Assembly: GCA_037445145.1 (NCBI GenBank)
Contig: JBBILB010000001.1
Span: forward strand, 36,637 to 100,636
Origin: Candidatus Woesearchaeota archaeon
GTDB taxonomy: Archaea > Nanobdellota > Nanobdellia > Woesearchaeales > ARS49
DNA: 64,000 nucleotides
Direction of reading: 5' to 3'
Every line of letters begins with the position of its first letter. Position 1 is the first letter of the stretch. The translations under genes were made by a program, and so were the position numbers. This document shows, one piece after another, positions 38,435 through 48,394 of this stretch. Below the pieces are notes generated by a model. It had not been told where the DNA came from and ran no database searches. It saw only the letters and a program-made list of their open reading frames with translations.

Positions 38435-39239
38435 ACAGGCTTAATGGCTTCTGCTTGAGCTCTGCAGAGTACGAAATTGGGTCTATTGTCGTGCCGTCTT
38501 CTGCAGAGATTACCTGGACTCCTGACTGCATTTTTATCTCCCTTGCCTCGTAAAGCGGGTTTGCGTCAAGCATTTTTTGCGAGAAATGAGTCAAAATGCA
38601 CAGTTTTGGCTTTGCCTTTTTGAGTATTTTCACGACGTCTGCAGAGCAAAGCCCCGGCTCCATGCTCTTGCCCGGGTTTTGGCAGTTCACGACAAGTATG
38701 TCAGCGCACTCATACTGTTCTGCAGTTTTTGAGTCGTAATTTGTGTCTCCGGTATACGCCAGAATGAATTCCGGTGTGTAAATCTTGTAGCCGAGCGAAT
38801 GCAGGTCTGAGTGCTTTGCTGCAAGCGGAGTGATTTCTATGTTTTCTATTGCTATTTTTCTGTTTGGCTGTGCAATAATGATTTTTTCCATGTGGTTTGC
38901 GAAGTAAGTGTGCAGCACAGGCTTTATGTGTTCTGTGCCATTCACTATGCTTTCTGGCGCCACGAGCACCCCGTGTGCATCAAGCCCGTTGAGCGTCATT
39001 GCATTAATGAGCGCGTTCAGGTCATTGCAGTGGTTCAGGTGCGCGTGCGAGGCAAGTATTGCAGTGTGCGCCCTGACATTTATGCCGCACAATGATGCGT
39101 TTGTCAATGCCCCTGGCCCTGGGTCAATGTGCATTTGGATTTCACCGACCTGCACGATAAACCCTCCTGAGCTTCTTGACTGCTTGCTCACCACTCCAAG
39201 GTTTCCCGCAGTTCCGAGAAAAACAAGTTTTGAAACCAT
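38403..39239 (-). CDS. Metallo-beta-lactamase-fold hydrolase
   Basis: FLGTAG, IDPGPG, SHAHLNH, YTGDT, LTHF. Confidence 0.85.
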   Translation of the reverse strand: MVSKLVFLGTAGNLGVVSKQSRSSGGFIVQVGEIQMHIDPGPGALTNASLCGINVRAHTAILASHAHLNHCNDLNALINAMTLNGLDAHGVLVAPESIVNGTEHIKPVLHTYFANHMEKIIIAQPNRKIAIENIEITPLAAKHSDLHSLGYKIYTPEFILAYTGDTNYDSKTAEQYECADILVVNCQNPGKSMEPGLCSADVVKILKKAKPKLCILTHFSQKMLDANPLYEAREIKMQSGVQVISAEDGTTIDPISYSAELKQKPLSLFTAGKQSHTQ

Positions 39240-39292
39240 GCCCCTGCAATGGCCTGCGTGGCTAATAAAGATTTCGCGACTGCAGAATCAGT

Positions 39293-40348
39293 TCAGAATT
39301 TCGGCAGGTAAGCCGGTTGCAAAATAGTGCCGTCCTCAACAAGCCCAATGTGTTCAAGCCCTATTTTTCCCGCATAGATCGGAAGAGCATTTCCCCCTTG
39401 CTCAATAAACTTTTCAAGCATAAGCTTTCCTTCGAGGTAAACATGATCCTTGACGAATCCCCCTGTAGCAGAAGTGTCTTTGAGCCCACGCTTTACCCTG
39501 ACCGTCATTTCAAAAGCTTCTTTTGGCGGGAAAAACCTGCAAAGCTCGTTAAAGACATCCCTGAATCCGCCTTTCAAGGCCGCCGAAACAGCTATTACCC
39601 TTCCCGCATATTTTCTCAGCCTGTTGCTTGTGAGGCAACCTGTTTTTTTCTCATGTAGTACAGCCAGCCCTTCTTCTGTCTGCAAATAGCAGGGAATTGC
39701 ATCGCTGCTGAGAATCCTGTATTGCTGCCTGTAGCTGTTCATTGACCTGAGAACGTGGACCCCTACCTCATGGGCAAGCATGCACTTGATTCCATTTGCT
39801 GAAAACTTTGCTTTTTCGCTTATTATTATTGTCCTCTTGCTTGGGCTTACCGAAACGCGCGCAACAGAAGGCTTTATGCTGATATGCCACCCCACGAAGC
39901 CGTGTTGCAATAACGCCTTTTCAATTGCTGATTTCATGTAAGTTGCGGTGTAGGGCTTTGTTGGCATTGGCTCGCGGGGAATGCTTTTAAGGATTTCATG
40001 CGCATTGTGTAAAGTCTCCTTTGACGGCATGCCATAAAGTCGTGTTTCTGCAAAGCCGTTTTTTCCAATATTCTCCAGCAGATTTGTGGAAAGCAGCAGT
40101 CTTTCCTTGACATCCCTGAAAAGCTGTCCGAGTGGCGTCTGCTCTGCAATTCTTATTCTTTCAAGTCGTGTCCTGAATGCATTTGCCCTCGTGAATGTCT
40201 TGTAAGTGAATTGCGGCTCATAAGTCTGGGATGAAAAGAATGTTCTTTCCTCTTCTTGCAAGTTTGTTGGATTGAGAAAGGAGAGCAAATGCATGGCCTT
40301 GCTCGTTTCAGCAAGTGCGCGGTCAGCGACATGCAAAAGCGTTGCCAT
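39293..40348 (-). CDS. DUF1704 / QEGLA-motif (MATCAP-like) metallocarboxypeptidase
   Basis: HEVGVH (HExxxH), TEEGLA, RVKRG, KDHVYLEG, YAGKI. Confidence 0.85.
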   Translation of the reverse strand: MATLLHVADRALAETSKAMHLLSFLNPTNLQEEERTFFSSQTYEPQFTYKTFTRANAFRTRLERIRIAEQTPLGQLFRDVKERLLLSTNLLENIGKNGFAETRLYGMPSKETLHNAHEILKSIPREPMPTKPYTATYMKSAIEKALLQHGFVGWHISIKPSVARVSVSPSKRTIIISEKAKFSANGIKCMLAHEVGVHVLRSMNSYRQQYRILSSDAIPCYLQTEEGLAVLHEKKTGCLTSNRLRKYAGRVIAVSAALKGGFRDVFNELCRFFPPKEAFEMTVRVKRGLKDTSATGGFVKDHVYLEGKLMLEKFIEQGGNALPIYAGKIGLEHIGLVEDGTILQPAYLPKF

Positions 40349-40400
40349 TTGTCAGAAAGCAGACCACTAGATTTAAAAACGTTATCCTGCTATTAACTAA

Positions 40401-40676
40401 CGGGCGGGCTTTTCCGGGAGGTTAGCCGTCTCCTGTCACTGCAAATCGGCTTCATGGCAGGGAGAAGCAGTCCGAGCGGCCTAGGATGGAGCAGATGGTC
40501 CTGAACCGGACGTTGACGTTCTGTCCTGCAGGGTTGCTCTTGTAGGAACCGTGTCAGGCTCGGAAGAGTGCAGCACTAACTGTAAGGGTGAATGCTTGCA
40601 GGGTAGCGGAACCGAGAAAGGTTTGGGGTCAAACCATTTGTTCTTTTCTATGTCCATCGGGTTGCGCGTCCGCCCG
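40401..40676 (+). ncRNA. ffs: Signal recognition particle (7S/SRP) RNA
   Basis: Terminal helix CGGGCGGGC/GTCCGCCCG; helix 8 GTGTCAGGCTCGGAAGAGTGCAGCAC with GGAA tetraloop and CAGG/AGCA SRP54 site; TTTAAAAA upstream and a T-tract downstream. Confidence 0.9.
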
Positions 40677-40730
40677 CTTTTCTTACAATCTTTAACAATC
40701 TTTAAATAAACCGGCAATTTATTATGATGC

Positions 40731-40883
40731 ATGAAGGTCTCTGTTGAAACCAACGAGAGGGTTGTAATAAAATTCAAGGGAAAGGTTAATATGTCGCAGG
40801 AAGTCGTGATGTCAAAGAACGACGCAAAACGCCTGGCAGGCATCCTTAGCGCAGGAAAATCAGAATCCTTTGAGACAGACTAA
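40731..40883 (+). CDS. Small hypothetical protein (50 aa, not in the ORF track)
   Basis: MKVSVETNERVVIKFKGKVNMSQEVVMSKNDAKRLAGILSAGKSESFETD*; TTTAAATA upstream; stop abuts the leuS stop. Confidence 0.55.
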   Translation: MKVSVETNERVVIKFKGKVNMSQEVVMSKNDAKRLAGILSAGKSESFETD

Positions 40884-43511
40884 TTAGACAATCACAATTG
40901 CCGGCTTTCCTGGCAGCGCATTCTTTGCCTTTGGTTCCTGAGAGTCCTGTTCCTTGACTATTTCCACTGAGCACATATATTCCTTTGCGAGATGTTCTTT
41001 CATTTCTGTGAATGCTGCAAATTCCTTTTTCTGCCCAAGTATGTGTTCCGGGATTCTTCCTGGCTCCTGGACGAGCTTTGGAACCATCTTGCTGATGATA
41101 TCGCCGTGCTTTCTCAAAGGACCGTTCATGAGCGCCTTGATTATTTCGCCAGGATTCTTTGTTTTCTCCAGCTGTGCCTTTACTTCCTTGTAAAAGTCGC
41201 TCTTCCACTGGTCTGCAATGTAGAGCTTTATTGCCATTGGCTTCAGTATCTTTGTTATTTTCAGGACGTCTTTTATGTCGCTGAGCAGGCTATTGTAAAT
41301 CTTCTGCTGGTATTCAAGCTCTGGGTTTATCTTCTTGGTGTCAAACTTTGGCCATTTTTGAGTGCATGCAAACGGTTTTTTGCCAAGCATTTCCCACAAT
41401 TCTTCTGCAACATGCGGGATAAATGGTGCAAGCATAAGTGTCAACAATTCAAGTGATTTCTGGTGCAGGGCTTGTCTTTTTTCTAGGAATTCAACGCAGT
41501 CCATTATTGCAATTATTGCCTTGTTGAGCTCAAATGTTGACATGTACGCTGTTACTGCCTTGAGCGTGCTGTGGACTTTGCTTTCTGCAACCTTGTCTGG
41601 CTTGGCTGTTTTCTCTTTTTTGTACAAGGCTTCAAGCCTTTGGATGAACCTGAAGCTTCCCTGGACTCCTTCCTCGCTCCATTCTATGTCCTTGCCAGGC
41701 GAAGCAACAAACAGCATGAACAGTCTTGCAGTGTCAATTCCGTATTTTTGCTCAATTTCCTCCTGCGAGACCACGTTTCCGTGGCTCTTGCTCATTTTTG
41801 CGCCGCCCTTGAGCACCATTCCCTGGTTGAACAGCGCCTTGAACGGCTCTCCAAACTTGAGCATTCCCAAATCCCTGAGTACTTTTGTGAAGAATCTTGC
41901 ATAAAGCAGGTGCATTACTGCGTGCTCTGCTCCCCCAATGTACTGGTCAACTGGCATCCAGTAAGCAACTTTTTCTGGCTTGAATGGCTGTTTTTTCTCC
42001 TTATTCGAGCAGTATCGTAAAAAGTACCATGAGCTATCAACGAATGTATCCATTGTATCTGTTTCGCGCTTTGCAGGACTCTTGCACTTAGGGCATTTCA
42101 CGTTTACAAAGCTTGGGGTGTTTGCAAGAGGATTCCCCTGTCCTGTAAATTCCACCTTTTCAGGCAGCTTGACAGGCAAATCCTTTTCTGGCACAGGGAC
42201 TGTTCCACATTGCGGACAATAAATTATGGGTATTGGTGTTCCCCAGTAGCGCTGCCTTGAAATGAGCCAGTCCCGCAGCTTGTAGCTTACTGTTGCCCCT
42301 CCTGCTTTTTTCTTTTCAAGCGCGACTGTGATTTCGTGCATTGCCTGCCTTGACGGAAGCCCGCTGAACTCGCCCGAATCAAACAATACACCTTCATCAA
42401 CATAAGGAAGCTCCAGCGGTTTGTCCTTTGGCTTTATGACTGGTATTATCGGTATGTTGTACTTCTTGGCGAATGCATAGTCTCGTGTGTCGTGCGCTGG
42501 CACTGCCATTACCGCGCCTGTGCCGTAATCGGGCAGGACAAAGTTCGCGATGAAAATCGGCACGTCCTTTCCTGTGAATGGATGCACCACGTACCTTCCG
42601 ATGAACATTCCCTCTTTTTCCTTGTCCTCTGCAGCGCGGGAGAATTTTTCCTCCATCACAACCTTGTTAGTGAATTTTTTTACCTCTTCTTCGTACTTTG
42701 TGCCGTGCACCAGCTCGTGCACTATCGGGTGTTCTGGTGCTATGACAACAAATGTCATTCCAAAAAGCGTGTCAGGGCGTGTTGTGAAGACAGGCAGTTT
42801 CTTTTCAGAGTCCTTTATCTGGAATTCAATGAGTGTTCCTTCGCTTCTGCCTATCCAGTTTTTCTGCATTGCCTTGATTCTTTCAGGCCAGTTTAGCTTG
42901 TCAACCTCATTGAGCAATTCATCTGCATATTGTGTAATTTTGAAGAACCACTGCTCCAAATCCCGGATTTCCACTCCGCTTTCGCACCGCCAGCATTTTC
43001 CGTCAATCACCTGCTCGTTTGCAAGGACAGTCCCGCAGGAAGGGCACCAGTTTATTGGCGCGTGCTTTCTGTAAGCAAGTCCTTTTTCAAAGAATTTCAA
43101 AAAGAAATACTGGTTCCACTTGTAGTATTCGGGATAGCATGTCGCAAGTGTCCTGTCCCAGTCATAGCTGAACCCAAGGCGCTTCATGCTTCCTGACAAT
43201 GATGCAATTGCCTTTTCGGTGTATTCCTTTGGGTGGATTTTTTGCTTTATTGCCGCGTTCTCGGCAGGCAAGCCGAAGGCATCAAATCCCATCGGGTAAA
43301 GCACGTTAAAACCGCACATCCTCTTGTATCGCGCAATCGTGTCTCCAATGGCAAAATTCCTTATGTGCCCTACGTGCAAGCCATAAGCAGACGGATACGG
43401 GAACATTTCAAGGTTGTAGAATTTCGGCTTCCTTGACTTGTCGCGGGTTTTGAATACTTTTTTCTCGTTCCACCTTGCCTGCCATTTTGGAACTATTGCC
43501 CTTTGGTCCAT
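40884..43511 (-). CDS. leuS: Leucine--tRNA ligase (bacterial-type core, archaeal-type C-terminus)
   Basis: [64 protein letters not shown]. Confidence 0.96.
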   Translation of the reverse strand: MDQRAIVPKWQARWNEKKVFKTRDKSRKPKFYNLEMFPYPSAYGLHVGHIRNFAIGDTIARYKRMCGFNVLYPMGFDAFGLPAENAAIKQKIHPKEYTEKAIASLSGSMKRLGFSYDWDRTLATCYPEYYKWNQYFFLKFFEKGLAYRKHAPINWCPSCGTVLANEQVIDGKCWRCESGVEIRDLEQWFFKITQYADELLNEVDKLNWPERIKAMQKNWIGRSEGTLIEFQIKDSEKKLPVFTTRPDTLFGMTFVVIAPEHPIVHELVHGTKYEEEVKKFTNKVVMEEKFSRAAEDKEKEGMFIGRYVVHPFTGKDVPIFIANFVLPDYGTGAVMAVPAHDTRDYAFAKKYNIPIIPVIKPKDKPLELPYVDEGVLFDSGEFSGLPSRQAMHEITVALEKKKAGGATVSYKLRDWLISRQRYWGTPIPIIYCPQCGTVPVPEKDLPVKLPEKVEFTGQGNPLANTPSFVNVKCPKCKSPAKRETDTMDTFVDSSWYFLRYCSNKEKKQPFKPEKVAYWMPVDQYIGGAEHAVMHLLYARFFTKVLRDLGMLKFGEPFKALFNQGMVLKGGAKMSKSHGNVVSQEEIEQKYGIDTARLFMLFVASPGKDIEWSEEGVQGSFRFIQRLEALYKKEKTAKPDKVAESKVHSTLKAVTAYMSTFELNKAIIAIMDCVEFLEKRQALHQKSLELLTLMLAPFIPHVAEELWEMLGKKPFACTQKWPKFDTKKINPELEYQQKIYNSLLSDIKDVLKITKILKPMAIKLYIADQWKSDFYKEVKAQLEKTKNPGEIIKALMNGPLRKHGDIISKMVPKLVQEPGRIPEHILGQKKEFAAFTEMKEHLAKEYMCSVEIVKEQDSQEPKAKNALPGKPAIVIV

Positions 43512-43619
43512 ATCGAAGAATTGTAAGCAAGTCGTTTAAAAACCTTTCTGGCAACAACAGCATTAGGCGACAAATCCAAATTGGGCGCCTACGGCGCAGT
43601 GACCAACCATAAACAGTTC

Positions 43620-44186
43620 CTAAAAGCCCTTTTGCTTTCTAAGCATCTCGACCAAACCAGGTGCAAGCACAGGCTTTCCATCTCTGAGAACATACTTGTA
43701 AGGCAGTGTGACGCTTTCGCATTTGCGTATGTCTATATCAACGTGGTGAGTGAACCTTATCTTGTTCAACGGCATTCCTGACGGTATTTTGCGCGCAACA
43801 AGGGCTGCTGTGTCTGTGCTCATCTGTTCTTTTCCAAGATTTCTTGCTTCAACGCCCTGCATCTTAATGCGTAAATCCATTGTCCTTCCGCGTGGCGGAT
43901 AATCCCCAAGTATTCCGCCAAGAATTATGTGGCTGAACTTTTTTTGCTTCTTTTGGCGCCAGTGTTTTGTTTGCTTCTGCATCAATGATTACGGGATTTT
44001 CAAGCTTCATTCCAGCCACGCTTTGCCTGAAAACCTTGCCAAGCTTTTTCAGTTTTTCAGCACCATTTTTTACATTCGTGAACCATAAATGCTCTTTTCC
44101 AACAATTGAGGAGATGTGCTTGTATTCAAGATAGCACCACTTCCACACTTTGGCTCCATGTGCTCTATTATGAATACGGGCTTCAT
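43620..44186 (-). pseudogene. Sfm1/DUF431-like SPOUT methyltransferase interrupted by two compensating frameshifts
   Basis: MKPVFIIEHMEP | VWKWCYLEYKHIS...LAPKEAKK | FSHIILGGILGDYPPRGRT...QMSTDTA...LPYKY; pieces lie in alternating frames and both junctions are in A-runs. Confidence 0.75.
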
Positions 44187-44220
44187 TGCAAAGAGGCAGA
44201 AACTTAATAGTATTTATTGC

Positions 44221-44345
44221 TTCCGAGCGACTGAGTGAGGCTCGAGCTTGCGGAGAGCAGAAACCGCGAGCGGAGCGAATGTTGTCCACAGAAGAGCGTG
44301 GCGAGTCTGCAGCATCGAAGCGAGTGTCCCTTGCCGAAGGCACTG
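44221..44345. repeat. Dispersed intergenic repeat, copy 2 (GAGCGA-rich, REP/MITE-like)
   Basis: 44221-44258 matches 6299-6336 (37/38); further GAGCGGAGCGAA, AGCGAGTGTC and a TGCC-GAA-GGCA hairpin. Confidence 0.8.
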
Positions 44346-44395
44346 CATTTGGAGAACGATTCAAATTAAAAGAAATTAACAAATAATGAAAATAT

Positions 44396-44593
44396 TTAGC
44401 TCTTCTTGAACTGGCCTGCGGTGTCTATGAGGTCTACGTGACCTAGGAACATCGCCCTGCAGCAGTACCTTTCAAGCCCAATGTCGTCAAGGACCACCTT
44501 CTTGTTCTCTCCCTTATCAATGCGCTCTTTGTACTTTTCCCATAAGTGAGCGATTGGCTTTCCGCAACTCCAGCATCTTATTGGTATTATCAT
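44396..44593 (-). CDS. rpo10: RNA polymerase subunit Rpo10 (RpoN)
   Basis: MIIPIRCWSCGK...RYCCR. Confidence 0.96.
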   Translation of the reverse strand: MIIPIRCWSCGKPIAHLWEKYKERIDKGENKKVVLDDIGLERYCCRAMFLGHVDLIDTAGQFKKS

Positions 44594-44600
44594 TTTGGCA

Positions 44601-44996
44601 TCACCTGTATGATGTTTGCCTCAATGCCCTTGCCTTTCCGTGGCGGTTGGGCTTGTGGGTTTCCTTCCTTCTGACGTCTGCAACGAGCAGCATCCTGTCG
44701 TAGTCAAGGAATTTCTTTTGCAGTGTCTTGTCGTACGCTGCCAGCGCCCTTGCAACAACCAATCTTGCTGCTTCTGCCTGGCTGCTGGTTCCGCCGCCGC
44801 ACACAGAGACATTTATGTTGACATTTTTTGCCTTGTCGCCTGCTATTATCAGCGGCTCCTGTATTTTCAGCCTTGACATTGCCGGCTCGTAGAAGTCAAG
44901 CAGCTGCGAGTTGATCCTGACTATTCCTGCGCCGGGAACAAGTGTTGCCCTTGCGACCGCGCTTTTGCGTGTTCCTGAAACGTGAATTGATTTCAT
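44601..44996 (-). CDS. rps9: 30S ribosomal protein uS9
   Basis: SGTRKSAVARA, GGGTSSQAEA, YDRMLLVADVRRKE, QTSYR. Confidence 0.95.
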   Translation of the reverse strand: MKSIHVSGTRKSAVARATLVPGAGIVRINSQLLDFYEPAMSRLKIQEPLIIAGDKAKNVNINVSVCGGGTSSQAEAARLVVARALAAYDKTLQKKFLDYDRMLLVADVRRKETHKPNRHGKARALRQTSYR

Positions 44997-45424
44997 TGGA
45001 ATTTTCCTCCGAGCGACCTGCATAGTTCTCCTACTGTTAGGAGCTTCATTGTGCGCTTGTGCTTGCTGTTTGCCCACGCAAGCGTCTGCAGTTTTTTGCC
45101 TTTCATTTCTTCCGGCACTCCGATATAGCACATTATTCTCTTCCAAGCGGCTGCTCCGCGGGCTTTTTTGTGCGGAAGCATTCCCCGTATCTGCCTTCTT
45201 ACAAACCGGTCTGGCTGGCGTGACAGGAAAGGTCCTTTTTGCGGCTGTCCTGTTTCATTTATGAGGTGCCGGTACTGCTCTACGTTGAATGTTTTTCCTC
45301 CTGTTATTATTGCTTTTTCGCAGTTGAATATGTTGACTGAGTGGCCGAGCAGTGCCTGCTTTGCTGCATAGCTGCCCATTCTTCCGACGATGAGGTTTGT
45401 TGCATCAATGTTTATTTCAGCCAT
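44993..45424 (-). CDS. rpl13: 50S ribosomal protein uL13
   Basis: IDATNLIVGR, NCEKAIITG, RGMLPHKKARG. Confidence 0.95.
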   Translation of the reverse strand: MAEINIDATNLIVGRMGSYAAKQALLGHSVNIFNCEKAIITGGKTFNVEQYRHLINETGQPQKGPFLSRQPDRFVRRQIRGMLPHKKARGAAAWKRIMCYIGVPEEMKGKKLQTLAWANSKHKRTMKLLTVGELCRSLGGKFQ

Positions 45425-45428
45425 GGCA

Positions 45429-45791
45429 TCACCCTATTATTCGCACGTCCTTTCCTTTTGGGTTTTGCTTTATGAGCTCTGGTATTGTGAGGCATTTTCC
45501 TTTTGCCTGCTCTATGCGTTCCCTTGCTCCATTTGAGAATGCAAAGGCCGCAACGACTATGCCGTGCTCAAGCATTCCTGACCCGAGCACTTTTCCAGGC
45601 ACAATAATTGTTTCGTTTGCCTTTGTGTGCCTGTTGAGCCTTGAGAGGTTGACCACTCTTCGCTTTCGTGTTGGTTTTTCAAGGTCTTCTGCAATCCTTG
45701 ACCAGATTCCAGCCTTCTGAATACTGCTTTCCTTGCGCAATTCCATAATCAGTGCGCGCAGGTGTTCATTTGGTGGTCCTGTTCTTTTCAT
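45429..45791 (-). CDS. rpl18e: 50S ribosomal protein eL18
   Basis: VNLSRLNR, IVPGKVLGSG, VAAFAFS. Confidence 0.95.
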   Translation of the reverse strand: MKRTGPPNEHLRALIMELRKESSIQKAGIWSRIAEDLEKPTRKRRVVNLSRLNRHTKANETIIVPGKVLGSGMLEHGIVVAAFAFSNGARERIEQAKGKCLTIPELIKQNPKGKDVRIIG

Positions 45792-45848
45792 GATATTCCT
45801 TTGGTTTGCTACTTAACCAGCGCCCGATAGCGCGGGTCTCCGAGTTTT

Positions 45849-45958
45849 TGATGGCGGGGAAGGGATCCCACGCGAGCCTTTTCAAAAGGCTCGACCGAAA
45901 GGGTGCGGCTTTCAGCCGCACTTCCTGCCAATGATGACTGTGATGGCGGGGAAGGGAT
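45849..45958. repeat. 18-bp direct repeat of the tRNA-Leu(GAG) 3' end flanking a palindromic insert
   Basis: TGATGGCGGGGAAGGGAT at 45849-45866 and 45941-45958. Confidence 0.85.
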
Positions 45959-46029
45959 TTGAACCCTCGCACCCACTAAGGGACTACCCCCTCAAGGTAG
46001 CGCATTTGACCAGGCTCTGCCACCCCGCC
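45944..46029 (-). tRNA. tRNA-Leu(GAG)
   Basis: GGCGGGG/CCCCGCC acceptor stem, CTACC-TTGAGGG-GGTAG anticodon arm, long variable arm, GTTCAAAT; usual position between rpoD and rpl18e. Confidence 0.93.
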
Positions 46030-46056
46030 ACAACTTAGGGTGTAAGCCCGGCAGCG

Positions 46057-46839
46057 TCATTTGCCGAGCTTTTCCTCGAATTCTTGAAGGGATTCGAGGA
46101 GCATATCAGCGGCGGCAGTTGCGATTTCCTTTGGCGGCAGCTGCCCCCACGGTTCTATTCCGAACAGGAAATTGTTCGGGTTGTATTCTATTTTTACTAT
46201 TTCGGGGCAGACCCCTTCGCAGGCGTCCACCAAATTGTTTGTTGTTATGAGCTTCTTGTCTATCTTGCCGTTCTTGTCAAAGATTTGCGGCGGGTATTTT
46301 GACTTGAATTCCGCAAGTTTCGGGCTTTCGTTGTTGACGGTGATTATCGGTTCGTAAACATACCATGCAAGGCACGGGCTCCACTTGACGTGCTGCTTGC
46401 CCTGCCCGAGTGTTGCTGTTGCCTCGAGCTCAAGCTCCTGGCCCTTCAGGAGCTTCACTATTGGCATATCTCCGAATGCGGGCTTTACTTTCGGGTCCTT
46501 GCTTTTTATGTCAGATGCGTAGACAATGCAGGGTCCTTTTGCCTTTAGTGTCATTTTGAGCGTGCACCTGTTGCACCCTTCGCCCTTGCACTTGCACTTT
46601 GACGGCAGGATGTAGCTTTTGAGGTCTGTCTTGATTGGCAAAAGCCCGAGCCTGTGCGCGATTATTTCGTCGTAAAGCACTGAATTGTTCTCCCTGAACT
46701 CCACCGTGTCTATTGCCATTGTGGGCACGCTTTCCATCATTGTTCGCCTCAGCAGGTTTGCAAATGCAGGTGTCGCGGATTTCAGAAGGAATGTCACGCG
46801 CCCTGTTTTCTTGTCCTCATCAAGGAATTCTATGTTCAT
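46057..46839 (-). CDS. rpo3: RNA polymerase subunit Rpo3 (RpoD)
   Basis: FANLLRR...[30 protein letters not shown]. Confidence 0.95.
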   Translation of the reverse strand: MNIEFLDEDKKTGRVTFLLKSATPAFANLLRRTMMESVPTMAIDTVEFRENNSVLYDEIIAHRLGLLPIKTDLKSYILPSKCKCKGEGCNRCTLKMTLKAKGPCIVYASDIKSKDPKVKPAFGDMPIVKLLKGQELELEATATLGQGKQHVKWSPCLAWYVYEPIITVNNESPKLAEFKSKYPPQIFDKNGKIDKKLITTNNLVDACEGVCPEIVKIEYNPNNFLFGIEPWGQLPPKEIATAAADMLLESLQEFEEKLGK

Positions 46840-47234
46840 ACCCTTCTCCCCCGCTTTCCGCCCTTTTTCCTGCAGCCGCCATGTGGCATTGGGGTCACAT
46901 CTTCAATCAGCCCGATGCGCAACCCCATGCGGCTGAGGGCACGGATTGCTGCCTGTGCTCCTGGACCGGGATTGTGTGGTCCGTTGTGGCCTCCCGGCGC
47001 CTTGACTTTGACGTGCAGTCCTCCTATTCCCTTATCCATTGCGATTTCGGCAGCCCGCTTTGCAGCCATCATTGCTGCTGTTGGCGAGCCTTCCATCCGG
47101 TCGCTCTTGACCATCATTCCTCCAGACGTGACCGCAAGTGTTTCTGTCCCTGAAATGTCTGTGATGTGTATGATTGTGTCATTGTAGCTTGCGTAAATGT
47201 GCGCTACTCCCCAGCGCAGTGGTGGCGGGCTCAT
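46836..47234 (-). CDS. rps11: 30S ribosomal protein uS11
   Basis: [34 protein letters not shown]. Confidence 0.97.
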   Translation of the reverse strand: MSPPPLRWGVAHIYASYNDTIIHITDISGTETLAVTSGGMMVKSDRMEGSPTAAMMAAKRAAEIAMDKGIGGLHVKVKAPGGHNGPHNPGPGAQAAIRALSRMGLRIGLIEDVTPMPHGGCRKKGGKRGRRV

Positions 47235-47827
47235 TTGTTTTCCTCCGTTCTGCGTGGCTGTCCTTGCATTTTGCTGTCTTCTTTTGGCAGCCTTGGCGGC
47301 TCAGGCGCCTTTGATGGCAGTGTGCGCTCTGGGTGTGCTGTGTTTGCAAAGCTTGATGTTGGGACAAATGCTATGCTTGCCTCTTCGCTGACAGGCACGT
47401 TGTAGCTTGGCGAGGAGATTGTGCGGCCGCCAACCATTATGTGCTCGTGGGTTATCAATTGCCGTGACTGCTTGATGCTTTTCGCAAGCCCTTTTCTCAA
47501 AACAATTGTCTGCAATCTTCTTTCAAAAAGGTTCTTGAGCTCAATTCCGAGGACATCATCCAGCTGTGCTCCTTCCTTGAGCAACCCCATTCTTGCAAGT
47601 CTGGCCAGCAATTGTGCTTTTTCTTTTTCTGCCTGGCTTCCCCTTGCCGCGATGAGTTTTTTCGCAAGGTCTGAAACTGTCTTGAGTTTTGAGCGCGCTT
47701 TGTATATTTCTGTCTTGTTCTTTAGGCCGTATTCCTTCATCAAAGCACACTCTTCCTCAATGCGTTCCTTTTGCCAGGGGTGTCCTGGCCTATTGTACTT
47801 GCTCTTGATTTTTCTTGGATCGCCCAT
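47231..47827 (-). CDS. rps4: 30S ribosomal protein uS4
   Basis: [35 protein letters not shown]. Confidence 0.96.
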   Translation of the reverse strand: MGDPRKIKSKYNRPGHPWQKERIEEECALMKEYGLKNKTEIYKARSKLKTVSDLAKKLIAARGSQAEKEKAQLLARLARMGLLKEGAQLDDVLGIELKNLFERRLQTIVLRKGLAKSIKQSRQLITHEHIMVGGRTISSPSYNVPVSEEASIAFVPTSSFANTAHPERTLPSKAPEPPRLPKEDSKMQGQPRRTEENK

Positions 47828-47838
47828 GGTTCACCGGT

Positions 47839-48384
47839 TTATGTTGTTCCGCCTGCTGCTGATTTTGCGCTTGCTGACCTGCGGACGCCCATAACCTTTC
47901 CTTTGTTCTTCCTGAAGTTGCTTCTTGTTCTTTGCCCGCGGACTGGCTGTCCGAGGATGTGCCTTATTCCTTTGTAGGACTTGATTTTCTTCAGTATCTT
48001 GATGTCATTTTCGATTGTGAATTGTAAGTCTCCTGAGAGCAAATGCTTGTTTTGTCCTGTTTCTGCATCAAAGCGCCTGTTTACCATCCACGGCGGAAGC
48101 CCTGCCTTTATTGGATCCTTTACGACTTCTTCCACTTTCTTGACTTCGGCATCAGTGAGCATTCCTGCCTTCTTGTTGACGTCTATTCCCGCAATCCTGC
48201 ATGCTGCATTTGCGAAAGACACTCCAACGCCCTTTATTTTGCTGAGCGCGAAGGCTATGAGTTTGTTTCCGTCAAGGTCTGTGTTTGCTATGCGCACCAG
48301 GTGCTTTATTTCTGGTGCTGGTGATGCTGTTGGTTTTGCCGGCTGCGTAGGTGCTGCCGGCTTGGGTGTTTGTGGTTCTGCCAT
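47839..48384 (-). CDS. rps13: 30S ribosomal protein uS13
   Basis: VRIANTDLDG, IKGVG, YKGIRH, PVRGQRT. Confidence 0.96.
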   Translation of the reverse strand: MAEPQTPKPAAPTQPAKPTASPAPEIKHLVRIANTDLDGNKLIAFALSKIKGVGVSFANAACRIAGIDVNKKAGMLTDAEVKKVEEVVKDPIKAGLPPWMVNRRFDAETGQNKHLLSGDLQFTIENDIKILKKIKSYKGIRHILGQPVRGQRTRSNFRKNKGKVMGVRRSASAKSAAGGTT

Positions 48385-48394
48385 TTTGAGTGTT

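Noticed and set aside
40481..40843. 120-aa minus-strand ORF
   Set aside because: It is antisense to the SRP RNA and the small plus-strand ORF.
43593..43608. GCGCC-TAC-GGCGC mini-hairpin upstream of leuS
   Set aside because: It may belong to the palindromic repeat family, but it is too short to support as a separate feature.
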